DNA of 64,000 bases from Promethearchaeota archaeon (GCA_048938855.1 JBHLLT010000007.1:34063-98062); one strand, 5' to 3'; shown: positions 42,292 through 53,170, counted from the stretch's first letter. The notes: generated by a model not told the origin, from the letters alone. Program-made: numbers and translations.

Positions 42292-42379
42292 AAACTCTGT
42301 ATAAAATATAACCCATAAAGCTTTTAGTTAAGAACAACTTTTACTTCATAGAATTTAATGAATAGTAAGGTGATTACAA

Positions 42380-42757
42380 ATATATTCAGAAAAGGTAATG
42401 GAGCACTTTAAAAATCCACGAAATATGGGTGAAATGAAAGATCCTGATGCCATAGGAGAATTTGGAAATCCTGTATGTGGTGATTTAATGTACATTTATA
42501 TTAAAGTGAAAGAATTAAATGGAAAGGAGATTATTAATGACATATCTTTTCAAACATTTGGATGTGCTGCTGCTATTGCCACATCTTCAATGATCACAGA
42601 ACTAGCTAAGGGAAAAACATTAGATGATGCAAATAAAATAACGCGAGATGATGTCGCTAATTCTCTGGACGGTTTACCTCCAATAAAACTTCATTGTTCA
42701 AACCTAGCAGCCGATGCACTAAAAGATGCAATTAAAAAGTACCGAGATAAAAAATAA
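42380..42757 (+). CDS. iscU: Fe-S scaffold IscU/NifU-N
   Basis: YSEKVMEHFKNPRN, GNPVCGD, FQTFGCAAA and KLHCS. The conserved N-terminus extends upstream of ATG 42398 to ATA 42380. Confidence 0.95.
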   Translation: MYSEKVMEHFKNPRNMGEMKDPDAIGEFGNPVCGDLMYIYIKVKELNGKEIINDISFQTFGCAAAIATSSMITELAKGKTLDDANKITRDDVANSLDGLPPIKLHCSNLAADALKDAIKKYRDKK

Positions 42758-42892
42758 TAAAATCTATAATTAAGATTTATAATTTGTCCTAATTTTAAGT
42801 AACAATATATACTGCAAGTAAAGCTTAAATTTAGCAATCCCCTTTATGATATAATTTATTTTAACAAAATTATTCAAGTAGATAAAGCAATT

Positions 42893-43459
42893 ATGGTTAT
42901 TATTTACCATTTCGCAAATCCAAATATATCAAATATTATTCTTTTAGTAGCTTTTATTGTTCTTATTATTGCAGGATATAATTTTAAAAAGAAAATGGAT
43001 CAATTCAACAACTCAAAACTCTTTTTGATTTGTGGCATTATTGGAACGATATGGTTTATAATATCATTTCTAATTCCTGCATATATGTTTACTACTCCAC
43101 CAACGCCTGCAGAAATTCAATATACCTATATTTACAGTCTTATTTGGCACAATTTAGTTCCATCAATAATTCTTATTGGAATCTTTGGTATTATAAGCAT
43201 TATTCTTGGATTAAAAAATCTAGAAAATCATGGTTTATGGATAGTACTTTCAGGTACTTTCTTTATAACATCAATGTTGTTAGATCTTTTTTCTATATTA
43301 GCAATTATAATTTTCATTGGTATGATGATAGCATCATGCTTTTATTTGTATTTTAGTATAAGGCTTAAAAATCCTTATCTCATTGCGTTCAGTGTTTTAT
43401 CTATGATATCTCTGACCCTTCCTGCTATTGGGGTCATACTTTATATACCTATATATTAA
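42893..43459 (+). CDS. Integral membrane protein (about 6 TM)
   Basis: Multiple hydrophobic helices. Confidence 0.75.
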   Translation: MVIIYHFANPNISNIILLVAFIVLIIAGYNFKKKMDQFNNSKLFLICGIIGTIWFIISFLIPAYMFTTPPTPAEIQYTYIYSLIWHNLVPSIILIGIFGIISIILGLKNLENHGLWIVLSGTFFITSMLLDLFSILAIIIFIGMMIASCFYLYFSIRLKNPYLIAFSVLSMISLTLPAIGVILYIPIY

Positions 43460-43467
43460 GATTTATC

Positions 43468-44334
43468 ATGAATTTTACTAAACCAATTTCTGACATAATT
43501 CGAGAACGAACATCTCGTAGGACTTATTCTGGGAAACCACTTAATGATAATATGAGGAAAAAAGTGATAGAATTAATAGAAAACCATGATTTAAAAAGTC
43601 CATTCAGTGAACGAGCCGGAACTGTAAGATTTAAACTTGTTAATATACCAGAATTTGAACCAAATGAAAAAAAGAAACTGGGAACTTATGGATTTATTAA
43701 AGGTGCTCAAAATTTTATTGTAGGAGCTGTTGAGAAATCTCAATATGGTCGTGAACATTATGGCTACCTTATGGAAAGCTTAATTTTAGCTGTAACTGAC
43801 TTAGGCTTAGGTACATGTTGGTTGGGTGGCTTTTTTAATAGAAGTCTATTTTCAGCTAAAATTAATCGTACTTATGATGAAATTGTACCTGCTATCACAC
43901 CAATTGGATATTCAATTCAAAGATCTACGAGAGAAAACCTTATACGTTCATTTGCGAAGGCAGATAAAAGACTATCTTGGGATCAATTATTTTTTGAAGG
44001 AACTCTCACAAATCCTATCATGAAGAATCATATAGGAGAATATTCAAAACTACTTGAAATGGTTCAAATTGCTCCATCTGCAGGAAATAAGCAACCTTGG
44101 CGGATTATTAAGTTGGGCAATAAAAATATTTTTCATTTTTATACTATAAATCCTAAAGACGGACGATTCATGAAATATAGTAAATTTAGATCTATAGATA
44201 TCGGAATCGCTGTGAATCATTTTGATCTAACTGCTAAAGAATTAGGGATTGAAGGGAATTGGATTTTTGAAAATCCTCAAATTCTAGGTACCGAGGATTT
44301 ACTATATAAAATTACCTGGCAAGGAGATATTTAA
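43468..44334 (+). CDS. Nitroreductase family protein (two-domain)
   Basis: RTSRRTY, LGLGTCWLGG, APSAGNKQPW and DIGIA. Confidence 0.92.
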   Translation: MNFTKPISDIIRERTSRRTYSGKPLNDNMRKKVIELIENHDLKSPFSERAGTVRFKLVNIPEFEPNEKKKLGTYGFIKGAQNFIVGAVEKSQYGREHYGYLMESLILAVTDLGLGTCWLGGFFNRSLFSAKINRTYDEIVPAITPIGYSIQRSTRENLIRSFAKADKRLSWDQLFFEGTLTNPIMKNHIGEYSKLLEMVQIAPSAGNKQPWRIIKLGNKNIFHFYTINPKDGRFMKYSKFRSIDIGIAVNHFDLTAKELGIEGNWIFENPQILGTEDLLYKITWQGDI

Positions 44335-44408
44335 ATATAAATCAATTTAATAATTAAATTCAATGAATTTAATACCAGATAAAGTTTCAGACATTCTTAA
44401 TAATTAAT

Positions 44409-44852
44409 TCATTTACTATTATAGGAGTTTTTGTATGCTTTTGCACAGTGTTTGCAACAAAAATTCATTTCTTTCCCATCAATTTTTTCTACATGAAAAT
44501 CTTCATAAAGTTTCACGCCACAACTGGCACATATTTTTAATTTTGATTGGATTGTTACTTCTATCAAGCTGTCAAATCTTGAAAAAATTCTATCTATAAA
44601 AGCAATTCCAGAATTAGTTAACCTAAACCCTTTAGATCTCTTTGATTTTGGTGTAGGAATTTCTTCAATATATCCCTCTTCCTTTAATTTTTTCAAAAAA
44701 TCATAAACATAAGTAGGACTAGCTGTCATATGCAAATCTTTATCAAGACGCTTCAGAATAGAATATCCTGTAATTGAATTTTCTGATTTTAATAACATTA
44801 AGATAAAAAATCTTGATAGACTTTGAACCTTTATTTCTTCGTCTTCTCCCAA
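44409..44852 (-). CDS. PadR-like wHTH + TRASH domain metal-responsive regulator (CopT/CopR-like)
   Basis: GYSI...VY..LKKLKEEGYI...LT.SG, then CASCG...FCCKHC; divergent from the copper operon. Confidence 0.85.
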   Translation of the reverse strand: MGEDEEIKVQSLSRFFILMLLKSENSITGYSILKRLDKDLHMTASPTYVYDFLKKLKEEGYIEEIPTPKSKRSKGFRLTNSGIAFIDRIFSRFDSLIEVTIQSKLKICASCGVKLYEDFHVEKIDGKEMNFCCKHCAKAYKNSYNSK

Positions 44853-44904
44853 AATTTAATTCACCAATCAAGTTAATATTAAATTAATACAATAAAAAAA
44901 TAGT

Positions 44905-44954
44905 GTATATATTTTATAATAGTTATGTTTAAATATATACTTTTCAGTATATAT
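44905..44954. promoter_or_regulatory. Overlapping inverted repeats, candidate operator
   Basis: GTATATATTT(44905)-N16-AAATATATAC(44940) and ATATATACT-tttc-AGTATATAT (44933-44954), located between the divergent regulator and the cop genes. Confidence 0.45.
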
Positions 44955-44993
44955 ATTATAGAATTAAAATTATTTTGTCAAGGTGGCAAGAAA

Positions 44994-45287
44994 ATTTATC
45001 ATGACGATTTTACACACATGATGGATATAGGAGTCGAAGGTTGGATTTTTATGATCATATGTGCAATAGCTGTAATCTTATTAATAATAGTATTTGTATA
45101 TCTTTATAATCACTATTCCACCTTTTCTAAATCTAATAATCGATTAAAAAACAACATAGCTAATAATGATACGGAAAACCCATATATTTCTGAAACTAAA
45201 ACAAAAGCCAATTTTTGCCCTAATTGTGGTAAAAAATTAATTGACCAAGATGTAATATTTTGTCCTTATTGTGGGGAGCGAATATGA
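44994..45287 (+). CDS. His/Met-rich N-terminus + TM + C-terminal double zinc ribbon protein
   Basis: YHDDFTHMMD, TM, then CPNCG..CPYCG. The start is uncertain: track ATG 44925, ATT 44994 (behind AGGTGG), or one of the MM codons. Confidence 0.65.
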   Translation: MYHDDFTHMMDIGVEGWIFMIICAIAVILLIIVFVYLYNHYSTFSKSNNRLKNNIANNDTENPYISETKTKANFCPNCGKKLIDQDVIFCPYCGERI

Positions 45288-45425
45288 TAAATTTGAATTT
45301 TTATAAATGAATTGATTCAAATGAAGCCATCTTGTAATTAGGATATGAATATTAATTACAAAATATAAACAAAACGTATAATAATTAAACAAGAAAATAA
45401 GACATATGAAAAATGGTGATTTTTT

Positions 45426-48400
45426 ATGACAGAATCCAAAGAAAGAGTCAAAATTAAACTTGGTGGAATGACATGTGCTTCATGTGCCTTGAAAATAGAA
45501 ACAAAATTAAAAGGTCTTGAAGGAGTTAATAGTTCAATTGTCAATTTTGCTAATGAGGAAGCAACGGTAGAATATGATCCTAAAAAAACAAATTACAATA
45601 TATTTGACAATGCTATTCGCAACTTAGGTTACAAAGCCTCGTTAGCTAAAATGGATCTTAAAGTACTTAATTCTCTTACTAATGAAGAATTTGATAACTT
45701 GGAAAAAAAAGTTCTAGAGATCAATGGAATACAGAATGTCAGGAGCAATTTTGAAACATTAAAACTTTTCATAGAATTTAATGAATTAAAATTAACTGAG
45801 AATGAAATTTTTTCAATTGTTAAAGGTTTTGGATATAAAATTGAAAAAGTTGCTGGAGCTATTGATAAAGAAATTGAACAACATAAAAAAGAAATGAAAT
45901 ATCGCTTGATCCTTCTAATAACTTCGCTAATTTTCGCGGCAATTATAACCCCAATTAATTTCATTATACCATTTTCTTTTACACGTAATCTTTTACTTAC
46001 TATTTTTGCAACTGCTAATTATGCCATTTCTGGTTCATTTTTCTTGGGTGGGGCATATAAATCTCTTAAAAACAGGTCTACAAATATGGATGTTTTAATT
46101 GTTTTAGGAACTACTACGGCATATGTGTATTCTGTTCTGACAACTTTTTTTATTAATGGTGAAGTTTTTTATGATGCTATGAGTATGATTTTTGCTTTTA
46201 TCCTAATAGGTAAATATCTAGAGCATAAAACTAAAGGTCAAGCATCTGAAGCAATAAAGAAGTTAATTGGTTTACAAGCTAAAACAGCAACATTATTAAA
46301 AGATGGTAAAGAAATAGAAATCCCAATAGAAGAAATTGAGATCGGAGATATTTTAATTGTTAGACCTGGCGAAAAAATACCTGTAGATGGTAAAGTGATT
46401 GAGGGAAAAACAAAAGTGGACGAATCAATGATTACAGGCGAAAGTAAATATGTAAAAAAAGAATTGGAAGATTCAGTTATTGGAGCTACTGTAAATCAAA
46501 CAGGTTTAATAAAGATTTTAACTGAAAAGATTGGTAAAGATACTCTTTTATTTCAAATTATTGATTTTGTTAAAGAGGCTCAAGCTCGAAAAGGGTCAAG
46601 GCAACGTTTAGCTGATAAAGTGAGTAGCTATTTTGTTCCTATTGTTATTATTGTAGCTACAGCAGCATTTCTATACTGGCTATTTATTGCAGGTGAAACT
46701 ATTGAGGTAGCTTTATTGGTCTTTACTTCAGTAGTGGTTATATCTTGTCCCTGTGCTTTAGGTTTAGCTATACCAACAGCAATAATGGTTGGGACTGGAA
46801 AAGGTGCTGAAAATGGCATTTTAATGAAAGGAGGGGATTCTTTAGAAGCTGTGAATGAAATAAATGCTATAGTATTTGATAAGACAGGTACTCTTACAGT
46901 AGGAAAACCAAAAGTAACTGTGATATTTTCTGAAAAAGATTTAAAAAATGTGGGATTTAACACAAAAGAAATTCTCTATCTCGCTGGCAGTGCTGAAATG
47001 GGGTCTGAACACCCTCTAGGACAAGCTATAATTGAAGAGGCGAACCAACAAGGATTAACTCTTACGACTCCTAAAGAATTCGATGCTATACCTGGAAAAG
47101 GATTAATAACTAAAATAGATGATAAACAAGTTTTAATTGGTAACGAAAAATTATTATCAGAAAATCATATTTCGTTCAATGAATATAATTCTCAATACAA
47201 AGAATTTCAACAAAAAGGATATACCACAATTATAATTAGTGTTGATGGTGAAGTTAAAGGAATAATTGGCATTGCAGATAAATTGAAAGACCAAGCATCC
47301 TATACTCTTGAAAAATTGAGAGAAAAAGGTTTGGAAATTTACATGTTAACAGGAGATAATAAAGAAACTGCTATGACAATAGGTAAAGAATTAAATTTTG
47401 ATGATAAACATATTTTAGCAGAAGTATTACCTAATGAAAAAGCATTAAAAGTAAAGGAAATCCAAGAATCTGGAGAAAAAATACATGTTGCGATGGTAGG
47501 AGATGGTATAAATGATGCTCCCGCTTTAGCTCAAGCAGATATTGGAATAGCAATAGGTTCTGGAACTGATGTTGCCATTGAAACTGCCGATATCGTACTA
47601 ATGAGAGGAGATTTAAGAAACGTTGTTGCAGCTATCAATTTATCGAAAAAAACATATAGAAAAATGATTACGAATCTGTTTTGGGCATTTATATATAATA
47701 TAATTGGAATACCGTTAGCAGCGGGGTTATTATATGCTTTAACTGGATTTTTCCTCCCCCCATATTTAGCAGCTATATTTATGGCTTCAAGTTCCGTCTC
47801 AGTGGTCACTAATGCATTATTTCTAAAAAGATTCGAACCAAAAACTGAACAACAAATCCAAGAAATGAAGTTATTAACTGAAAAACGAGCTATAGATCCT
47901 ATATGTGGAATGGAAATTATTCCGAGTCAGTCAATTGAATATAAATATAAAGAGCAAAATTATTATTTTTGTAGTACTGCCTGTGAAAAAGAATTTAAAT
48001 TAAATCCAGAAAAATATGCTAATTTTGATAATATTAATCCAAAATTAATGCAAACACAATCAGATTCATCGTTTTTAGTTACAGATCCTGTTTGTGGAAT
48101 GACAGGAAAGCCAGAAGATTGGATTGAATATGAATATTCAGGTCAAAAATACTATTTTTGTAATGAATCATGTGTAGCAGAATTTAAGAAAAATCCAGAA
48201 AAGTATATTGAAAATAGAAATGATAGTAATAAGTCTGAAATTAAAGAATTAAAAGAGGATGATAAGAAAATGGGAATATTAAAATGTTCTGAGTGTGGAT
48301 ATGAACAAGAATTACCAACACATTGTGGAAAACCAATGCATAAAGAAGAAGATCAGTTAATATGTTGGATGGGGTCGTCGTGTGGTTGTCAACCTATCCC

Positions 48401-48437
48401 AGAACATCATGGGAAACCAATGGAAGTAATTGAATAA
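45426..48437 (+). CDS. copA: P1B-type Cu(I)-transporting ATPase with N-terminal HMA, two YHS/TRASH domains and a C-terminal Cys/His domain
   Basis: [40 protein letters not shown] and DPICGM/DPVCGM..YYFC. Confidence 0.96.
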   Translation: MTESKERVKIKLGGMTCASCALKIETKLKGLEGVNSSIVNFANEEATVEYDPKKTNYNIFDNAIRNLGYKASLAKMDLKVLNSLTNEEFDNLEKKVLEINGIQNVRSNFETLKLFIEFNELKLTENEIFSIVKGFGYKIEKVAGAIDKEIEQHKKEMKYRLILLITSLIFAAIITPINFIIPFSFTRNLLLTIFATANYAISGSFFLGGAYKSLKNRSTNMDVLIVLGTTTAYVYSVLTTFFINGEVFYDAMSMIFAFILIGKYLEHKTKGQASEAIKKLIGLQAKTATLLKDGKEIEIPIEEIEIGDILIVRPGEKIPVDGKVIEGKTKVDESMITGESKYVKKELEDSVIGATVNQTGLIKILTEKIGKDTLLFQIIDFVKEAQARKGSRQRLADKVSSYFVPIVIIVATAAFLYWLFIAGETIEVALLVFTSVVVISCPCALGLAIPTAIMVGTGKGAENGILMKGGDSLEAVNEINAIVFDKTGTLTVGKPKVTVIFSEKDLKNVGFNTKEILYLAGSAEMGSEHPLGQAIIEEANQQGLTLTTPKEFDAIPGKGLITKIDDKQVLIGNEKLLSENHISFNEYNSQYKEFQQKGYTTIIISVDGEVKGIIGIADKLKDQASYTLEKLREKGLEIYMLTGDNKETAMTIGKELNFDDKHILAEVLPNEKALKVKEIQESGEKIHVAMVGDGINDAPALAQADIGIAIGSGTDVAIETADIVLMRGDLRNVVAAINLSKKTYRKMITNLFWAFIYNIIGIPLAAGLLYALTGFFLPPYLAAIFMASSSVSVVTNALFLKRFEPKTEQQIQEMKLLTEKRAIDPICGMEIIPSQSIEYKYKEQNYYFCSTACEKEFKLNPEKYANFDNINPKLMQTQSDSSFLVTDPVCGMTGKPEDWIEYEYSGQKYYFCNESCVAEFKKNPEKYIENRNDSNKSEIKELKEDDKKMGILKCSECGYEQELPTHCGKPMHKEEDQLICWMGSSCGCQPIPEHHGKPMEVIE

Positions 48438-48449
48438 TATTAAAAAAAA

Positions 48450-48487
48450 AATTTTTTATACTAAAATTATTTTTATTTTTTTTTTTA
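48450..48487 (+). terminator. Oligo-T terminator tracts after copA
   Basis: Several T runs, the longest T10. Confidence 0.5.
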
Positions 48488-48634
48488 AAAATTTACGCAA
48501 TTACTAAAGTTATAGATATAATAAGAACAATCAAACACATGAGAGTAATTTGATATACCAAAACTTAAGATGTTAATAGAAAGAAAAAAGAAAAGGAAAA
48601 TCAAAAAACACAAAAAATAGAAGATGATAAAAAA

Positions 48635-48799
48635 ATGAGTAAACTAAAATGTTCAGAATGCGGAGAAGAACAAGAACTTCCAATGCATTGTGGAAAACCT
48701 ATGCATAAAGAAGGAAACCAATTAGTTTGTTGGATGGGTGCCTCTTGTGGAGCCCAACCAATACCAGAACATCATGGTAAGCTTATGGAAGTAATATAA
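48635..48799 (+). CDS. Stand-alone copy of the CopA C-terminal Cys/His domain (54 aa), putative metallochaperone
   Basis: Read manually (not in the ORF track): [54 protein letters not shown], near-identical to the CopA tail. Confidence 0.9.
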   Translation: MSKLKCSECGEEQELPMHCGKPMHKEGNQLVCWMGASCGAQPIPEHHGKLMEVI

Positions 48800-48829
48800 T
48801 AAATTTTAGAAAAAGTAGTGATTTTAGAA

Positions 48830-49012
48830 ATGGGACTATATAAATGTGCGGGATGCGGCAAAGAAATAGATACAATTCCTAAATGCTGTTCGGAAGATAT
48901 GATTTTCAATTCAGAGAAAAATCGATTTGAATGTTATATGGGTCCAAAATGTGGATACCTTCCTTTAGACGAGTTAAAATGTGAAGAATGTTGCAAAATT
49001 AATAATTCTTAA
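48830..49012 (+). CDS. Small Cys-rich desulforedoxin-like metal-binding protein, diverged paralog of the preceding domain
   Basis: MGLYKCAGCG...PKCCSEDM...ECYMGPKCG...CEECC; AGTGA RBS before ATG 48830. Confidence 0.8.
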   Translation: MGLYKCAGCGKEIDTIPKCCSEDMIFNSEKNRFECYMGPKCGYLPLDELKCEECCKINNS

Positions 49013-50379
49013 TTATTTTTTTTCTTTCTCCTTTTTTTTTCTTTCGATTTTTGTATTTTTAACCATATTTCTAAAATTATAAAAATTAAAAGTCCAATAA
49101 GACAAATAATTGCTGCTATTATAAATCCCATTTGATATGCAAAAACCTCATTTACTCCCTCTCTTATCAAAGTATCGATTATAGGTCCTGAGATTAAAGT
49201 ACCTGCAATACCCCAAGATAAAAAAAAGGTGGCATTATAAACTGCAAACAATTTTGCACGCATTCTTGATGGTATTAAAATGGAGGCAAGGGCATATGAA
49301 GATGCATAGATTAGGACCTCCGCAGCTCCAATTAAAAAACTTCCAACAAATATAATAGGCAAGAGTGAAGTTGTTGCTGTAATTATCAAAGCAATAATCC
49401 CTATAGATGTTCCAATAATTAATGTTCTAGAATGCCCAAATCGTTTACTTAAAATACCTGCTGTGAAACCTATTATCAATGTTGCAACTGAACGAGAATT
49501 CGTAATAAAACTAAGCATTATGCTATCTACATTAAATCCGTTATCTAAACTGAGATATTGAGAATATGGTATTGCGATAGAATTTCTGCCAAAATTAATT
49601 GCTGCAAGTGCAATAATAAAAACAATAAAAGTTAATATATTTTTTCGATTATCGTTATTCTTCCCTTCTGGAATTTGTTCATCCCGCTTATTTTCTTTCT
49701 TAATCCCTCCCTCAGGACTGAATAATAATATTGGAATCGTAGATATGAACATAAAAGAGGAAGCCACAAAAAATAGTGGTCCATTCCTAAATCCCAAACC
49801 CCCGTTATATAATATCCCTCCTAATAAGATTCCAAAAATACGTCCCATACCTCCAAGACCAGTTAATTGACCCATGATTTTACTTCTTTTTTCAGAAGGA
49901 TACAAATCACTGATTAGTGCACTCCAGCCAATATTAGACATTGACCAAAACATTTCTACAAAACTAAGTCCAATAATAATCACATAGCCCGAAATGTACA
50001 GTGCACTATAACTAATACCCCAAATATTAATTGTAAATCCAGATGTGTAAAGACTTGCTAAAAGAAAATGGATACTCCAGACAACTAAAGTCCCTATACC
50101 AGCCAAAATTTCCCCTAGCACGATTAAAGTTCTACGACGTTGAATTTTGTCGCTAATTGGCCCCCATACAAAATTTTGAAAAACAATACTCATGATCATT
50201 GGAAGGGTAGCATATAAAGTAGTTTCGAACACTGATAAATTCAAAAATTCTCTCATGTATAAAGACAAATAGGTATAAAAGAGACCTCTTCTAAACATAG
50301 CTAGGATTTGAAAAGAAGAGAGGCCTGAAAAGATCCTTATCGGGGTTTTAGTTATTTTAATTGTCGACAATCTTGTCAT
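49009..50379 (-). CDS. MFS transporter
   Basis: About 12 TM; motif A WGPISDKIQRRR, plus ALISDLYP..KR and GILSKRFG. Confidence 0.92.
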   Translation of the reverse strand: MTRLSTIKITKTPIRIFSGLSSFQILAMFRRGLFYTYLSLYMREFLNLSVFETTLYATLPMIMSIVFQNFVWGPISDKIQRRRTLIVLGEILAGIGTLVVWSIHFLLASLYTSGFTINIWGISYSALYISGYVIIIGLSFVEMFWSMSNIGWSALISDLYPSEKRSKIMGQLTGLGGMGRIFGILLGGILYNGGLGFRNGPLFFVASSFMFISTIPILLFSPEGGIKKENKRDEQIPEGKNNDNRKNILTFIVFIIALAAINFGRNSIAIPYSQYLSLDNGFNVDSIMLSFITNSRSVATLIIGFTAGILSKRFGHSRTLIIGTSIGIIALIITATTSLLPIIFVGSFLIGAAEVLIYASSYALASILIPSRMRAKLFAVYNATFFLSWGIAGTLISGPIIDTLIREGVNEVFAYQMGFIIAAIICLIGLLIFIILEIWLKIQKSKEKKRRKKKNN

Positions 50380-50516
50380 TTAGCAATTTTAGAAATTTTT
50401 TTAATTTATTGAAAGTATCGTCTTTTCTAAAATTAACTAATCATTAATGATTAAATTCAATATATCAATAAAACTCCTTTTTATATTGGAAAATTAAAAT
50501 TTCTAAAAAATTATTG

Positions 50517-52970
50517 CTAAATAGGAAAATTTTTATTTTTCTTCTCTGAAAATACATTTTTCCATTTAACTATCTGTTTTAAAAGCTTTTGAGTGTCTGG
50601 AGCGTTATTTAATTGTTCAGTATATAGAGGATAATATTTATATAAATTATTTAATACTTCTTTCCAAGACTTTTGCATTTCCGATGTATCGGGGATCTCT
50701 TTCTTCAATTGAAAAATACTTCTTTTTTCTCTCTTTGCTTTTAAAGCCTTCAAAAAGTTTTTAGTAATAGATATTCTAAAGTTGGAGTATTCATCAGGTC
50801 TGAAATTTGCTAGTGCATAACACATTTCTTCATCACCAATAGGGAAAAACATTATTTTTTGGTCTTCAGGTTCATCAGGGTTATCAATTTGAGTTATTTC
50901 TATATCTATATTACTTAATTCCTCTAAAATGGAGTAAATTTCTCCGGGATTCATTTTTAATCGTTTTTCAATTTGACCAGAAATAACAGAAATTGGAAAA
51001 GATATTTCAGTTAGCTTTTCTGGATTTTCAATTCGATACATAGATTCTTTTCTTACAATTTGTTTAATTTGATCAATCACACTTTTAGAGAATCTAGCTT
51101 CAGTAAAGGTTATTTGAGTATCTTTTAATTTACGCTGATGGATTTCTTTCTCTTTTTCTTTTTTAGTATAATTAGCTGTGAGTGAAGAAATGAAACTTTC
51201 AGTAGGTTTATCAGTATCTTCTCCTGTACTCAATCTACTAGTTTTGCTTCTCTTTTCTAAAGCTGTTTCAAATAATCTTTCACTAAGATATTTCCTTGCT
51301 TTTTGTTGAGCGACTCCTTTCTTTTCAAAACGTTCAGTAACAGATACAAAATCAATCATTTTTATAGGTTTACCAAGTTCTTTCTTTTCCTCCGTTATCA
51401 AAATGTCCATATCTTTCTTTGCCAATTGATCTAAGAGAGCATATACATTATTCTTTGATAATTGAGTAGCTTTTATTAATTCTCTTTCTATGATTTCAAT
51501 AGGAAAAGCTTCTCCTCTCCTAATATACTCTCCTCGTATTATTTTGTAAACACGATCCATGCCTCTTTCCTCCTCTGTGACTGTTTCTTTTTGCAATCTC
51601 ATAAACATTGAGGTTTCTTGAGGTTTAAGATAATAGATCAATAATGTACTCCCTAAGAAAAAGATCATTAGCACAGAAATTATGTATTTATCTGCCATTA
51701 AAAAAATCCCAATATCAGATATTTCCTGATTTGGTACTTGAATATTTGGAGAGAGAGTAAAACGTGTTAGTGTTTGAGCAAAAATACAAGCTAAACATAA
51801 CAAAATCAGACCATCTTTTTTAAAGAAAAGAATTCTCCAGCCTAGACTTCTACCTAACTTTCGAACAATTCTATATAAAAAATACATAGAAATAATGAAT
51901 TCAAATATAAATACGTATGACACTGCTGAACCAGTTGCCCCAATTGTCGATTGAAAGGCATCTATTGTGGGATCTTGGAGAAACATATAAATACTTATTT
52001 CCATAATTTGAAAGAAAAAGATAAAGAATACTATTAAGGAAAAGGTAAAATTATCAAACGTCCCTGCTCTTTTGGTTCCTGCCCGACTTCTTGAAAATAC
52101 ATATTCAAAAATGATGAATATTAATGTCATCACTAAACTGAAATAAATTAATGGCATAACTTGGCGCATTTGGATATTAAACACCAGTACAGCATCACTT
52201 GGATCAATTGGACCAAAAATATCTAACGATAACCATACTAAGAGACTTCTGTAAAGCAATGATATTACAACAAGAACTCCTAATATAAAAAACGGAATTA
52301 TCATAGCAAATAAACGTCTTGGCATTGAATATTTTTTGATAAATCTTGATTCTATTTTTGTAGCAAATTTTCTTGAATAAATATAAAATCGACTACTTAA
52401 CAAAATCAACCATATCATTGCTAATGTAAGTAAATAAGTTAATAAGTTGAAACTTGTACCAATATATAGAAAAAGCATATACAATAATGCAATTAAAGTA
52501 CAATATAATACTAATTGTTTAATAACAGATTTATCCTCGAAAATAAATATTCTTACTTTATCGATGCTAAATAAAAAAGATAACACCAAAAACAAAGCTA
52601 TAATCGTGTTTGAAAACGCAAATGGATTCCCGAGCATTAAATATTGAATCCATCTGCTCTCTGGAACATTAATTGCTATAATTAAAATGAGCGAATAGAA
52701 GATAAAAATCCCATACAGCCCCCAAAATTTTTTCTCAAAGGAATAGGATTTTGGTTCTTTACCATCAATATATACTTCTTGATGTATAATTTTGTCATAA
52801 AAGTTAGTTTTAACTTTTGATTTTAAAGTATTTAGCTTTACTCTCTGTCTTGAAACAAAGTTATTAACCTTATATTTTCCACCCAATTTTCCCGGTCTTG
52901 AGAGTTTAGGCAATTTTAATGGTTTAAATTCCTCTTTTTTTACCGTTGTTTCTTTTTTATCTTCAGACAT
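50517..52970 (-). CDS. Large polytopic membrane protein with cytoplasmic C-terminal wHTH-like repeats
   Basis: About 11-13 hydrophobic segments followed by roughly 370 soluble residues containing two similar helical repeats. Confidence 0.8.
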   Translation of the reverse strand: MSEDKKETTVKKEEFKPLKLPKLSRPGKLGGKYKVNNFVSRQRVKLNTLKSKVKTNFYDKIIHQEVYIDGKEPKSYSFEKKFWGLYGIFIFYSLILIIAINVPESRWIQYLMLGNPFAFSNTIIALFLVLSFLFSIDKVRIFIFEDKSVIKQLVLYCTLIALLYMLFLYIGTSFNLLTYLLTLAMIWLILLSSRFYIYSRKFATKIESRFIKKYSMPRRLFAMIIPFFILGVLVVISLLYRSLLVWLSLDIFGPIDPSDAVLVFNIQMRQVMPLIYFSLVMTLIFIIFEYVFSRSRAGTKRAGTFDNFTFSLIVFFIFFFQIMEISIYMFLQDPTIDAFQSTIGATGSAVSYVFIFEFIISMYFLYRIVRKLGRSLGWRILFFKKDGLILLCLACIFAQTLTRFTLSPNIQVPNQEISDIGIFLMADKYIISVLMIFFLGSTLLIYYLKPQETSMFMRLQKETVTEEERGMDRVYKIIRGEYIRRGEAFPIEIIERELIKATQLSKNNVYALLDQLAKKDMDILITEEKKELGKPIKMIDFVSVTERFEKKGVAQQKARKYLSERLFETALEKRSKTSRLSTGEDTDKPTESFISSLTANYTKKEKEKEIHQRKLKDTQITFTEARFSKSVIDQIKQIVRKESMYRIENPEKLTEISFPISVISGQIEKRLKMNPGEIYSILEELSNIDIEITQIDNPDEPEDQKIMFFPIGDEEMCYALANFRPDEYSNFRISITKNFLKALKAKREKRSIFQLKKEIPDTSEMQKSWKEVLNNLYKYYPLYTEQLNNAPDTQKLLKQIVKWKNVFSEKKNKNFPI

Positions 52971-53170
52971 ATTTGACTTTTTTGAAGAATTAGAATCTGA
53001 TTACTTACCAGACATTATATAAATAAATTTTTTTTATTCTAATAAACCTAATTATAATATATAAATAAAGTTCATACAAAGTATATCCAAGATCAGATAT
53101 GAAATTTTAATGTAAATTTTAAAAACTTTAAAATATAACAAATAAATATAGTCATTATTTTACGATAAAA

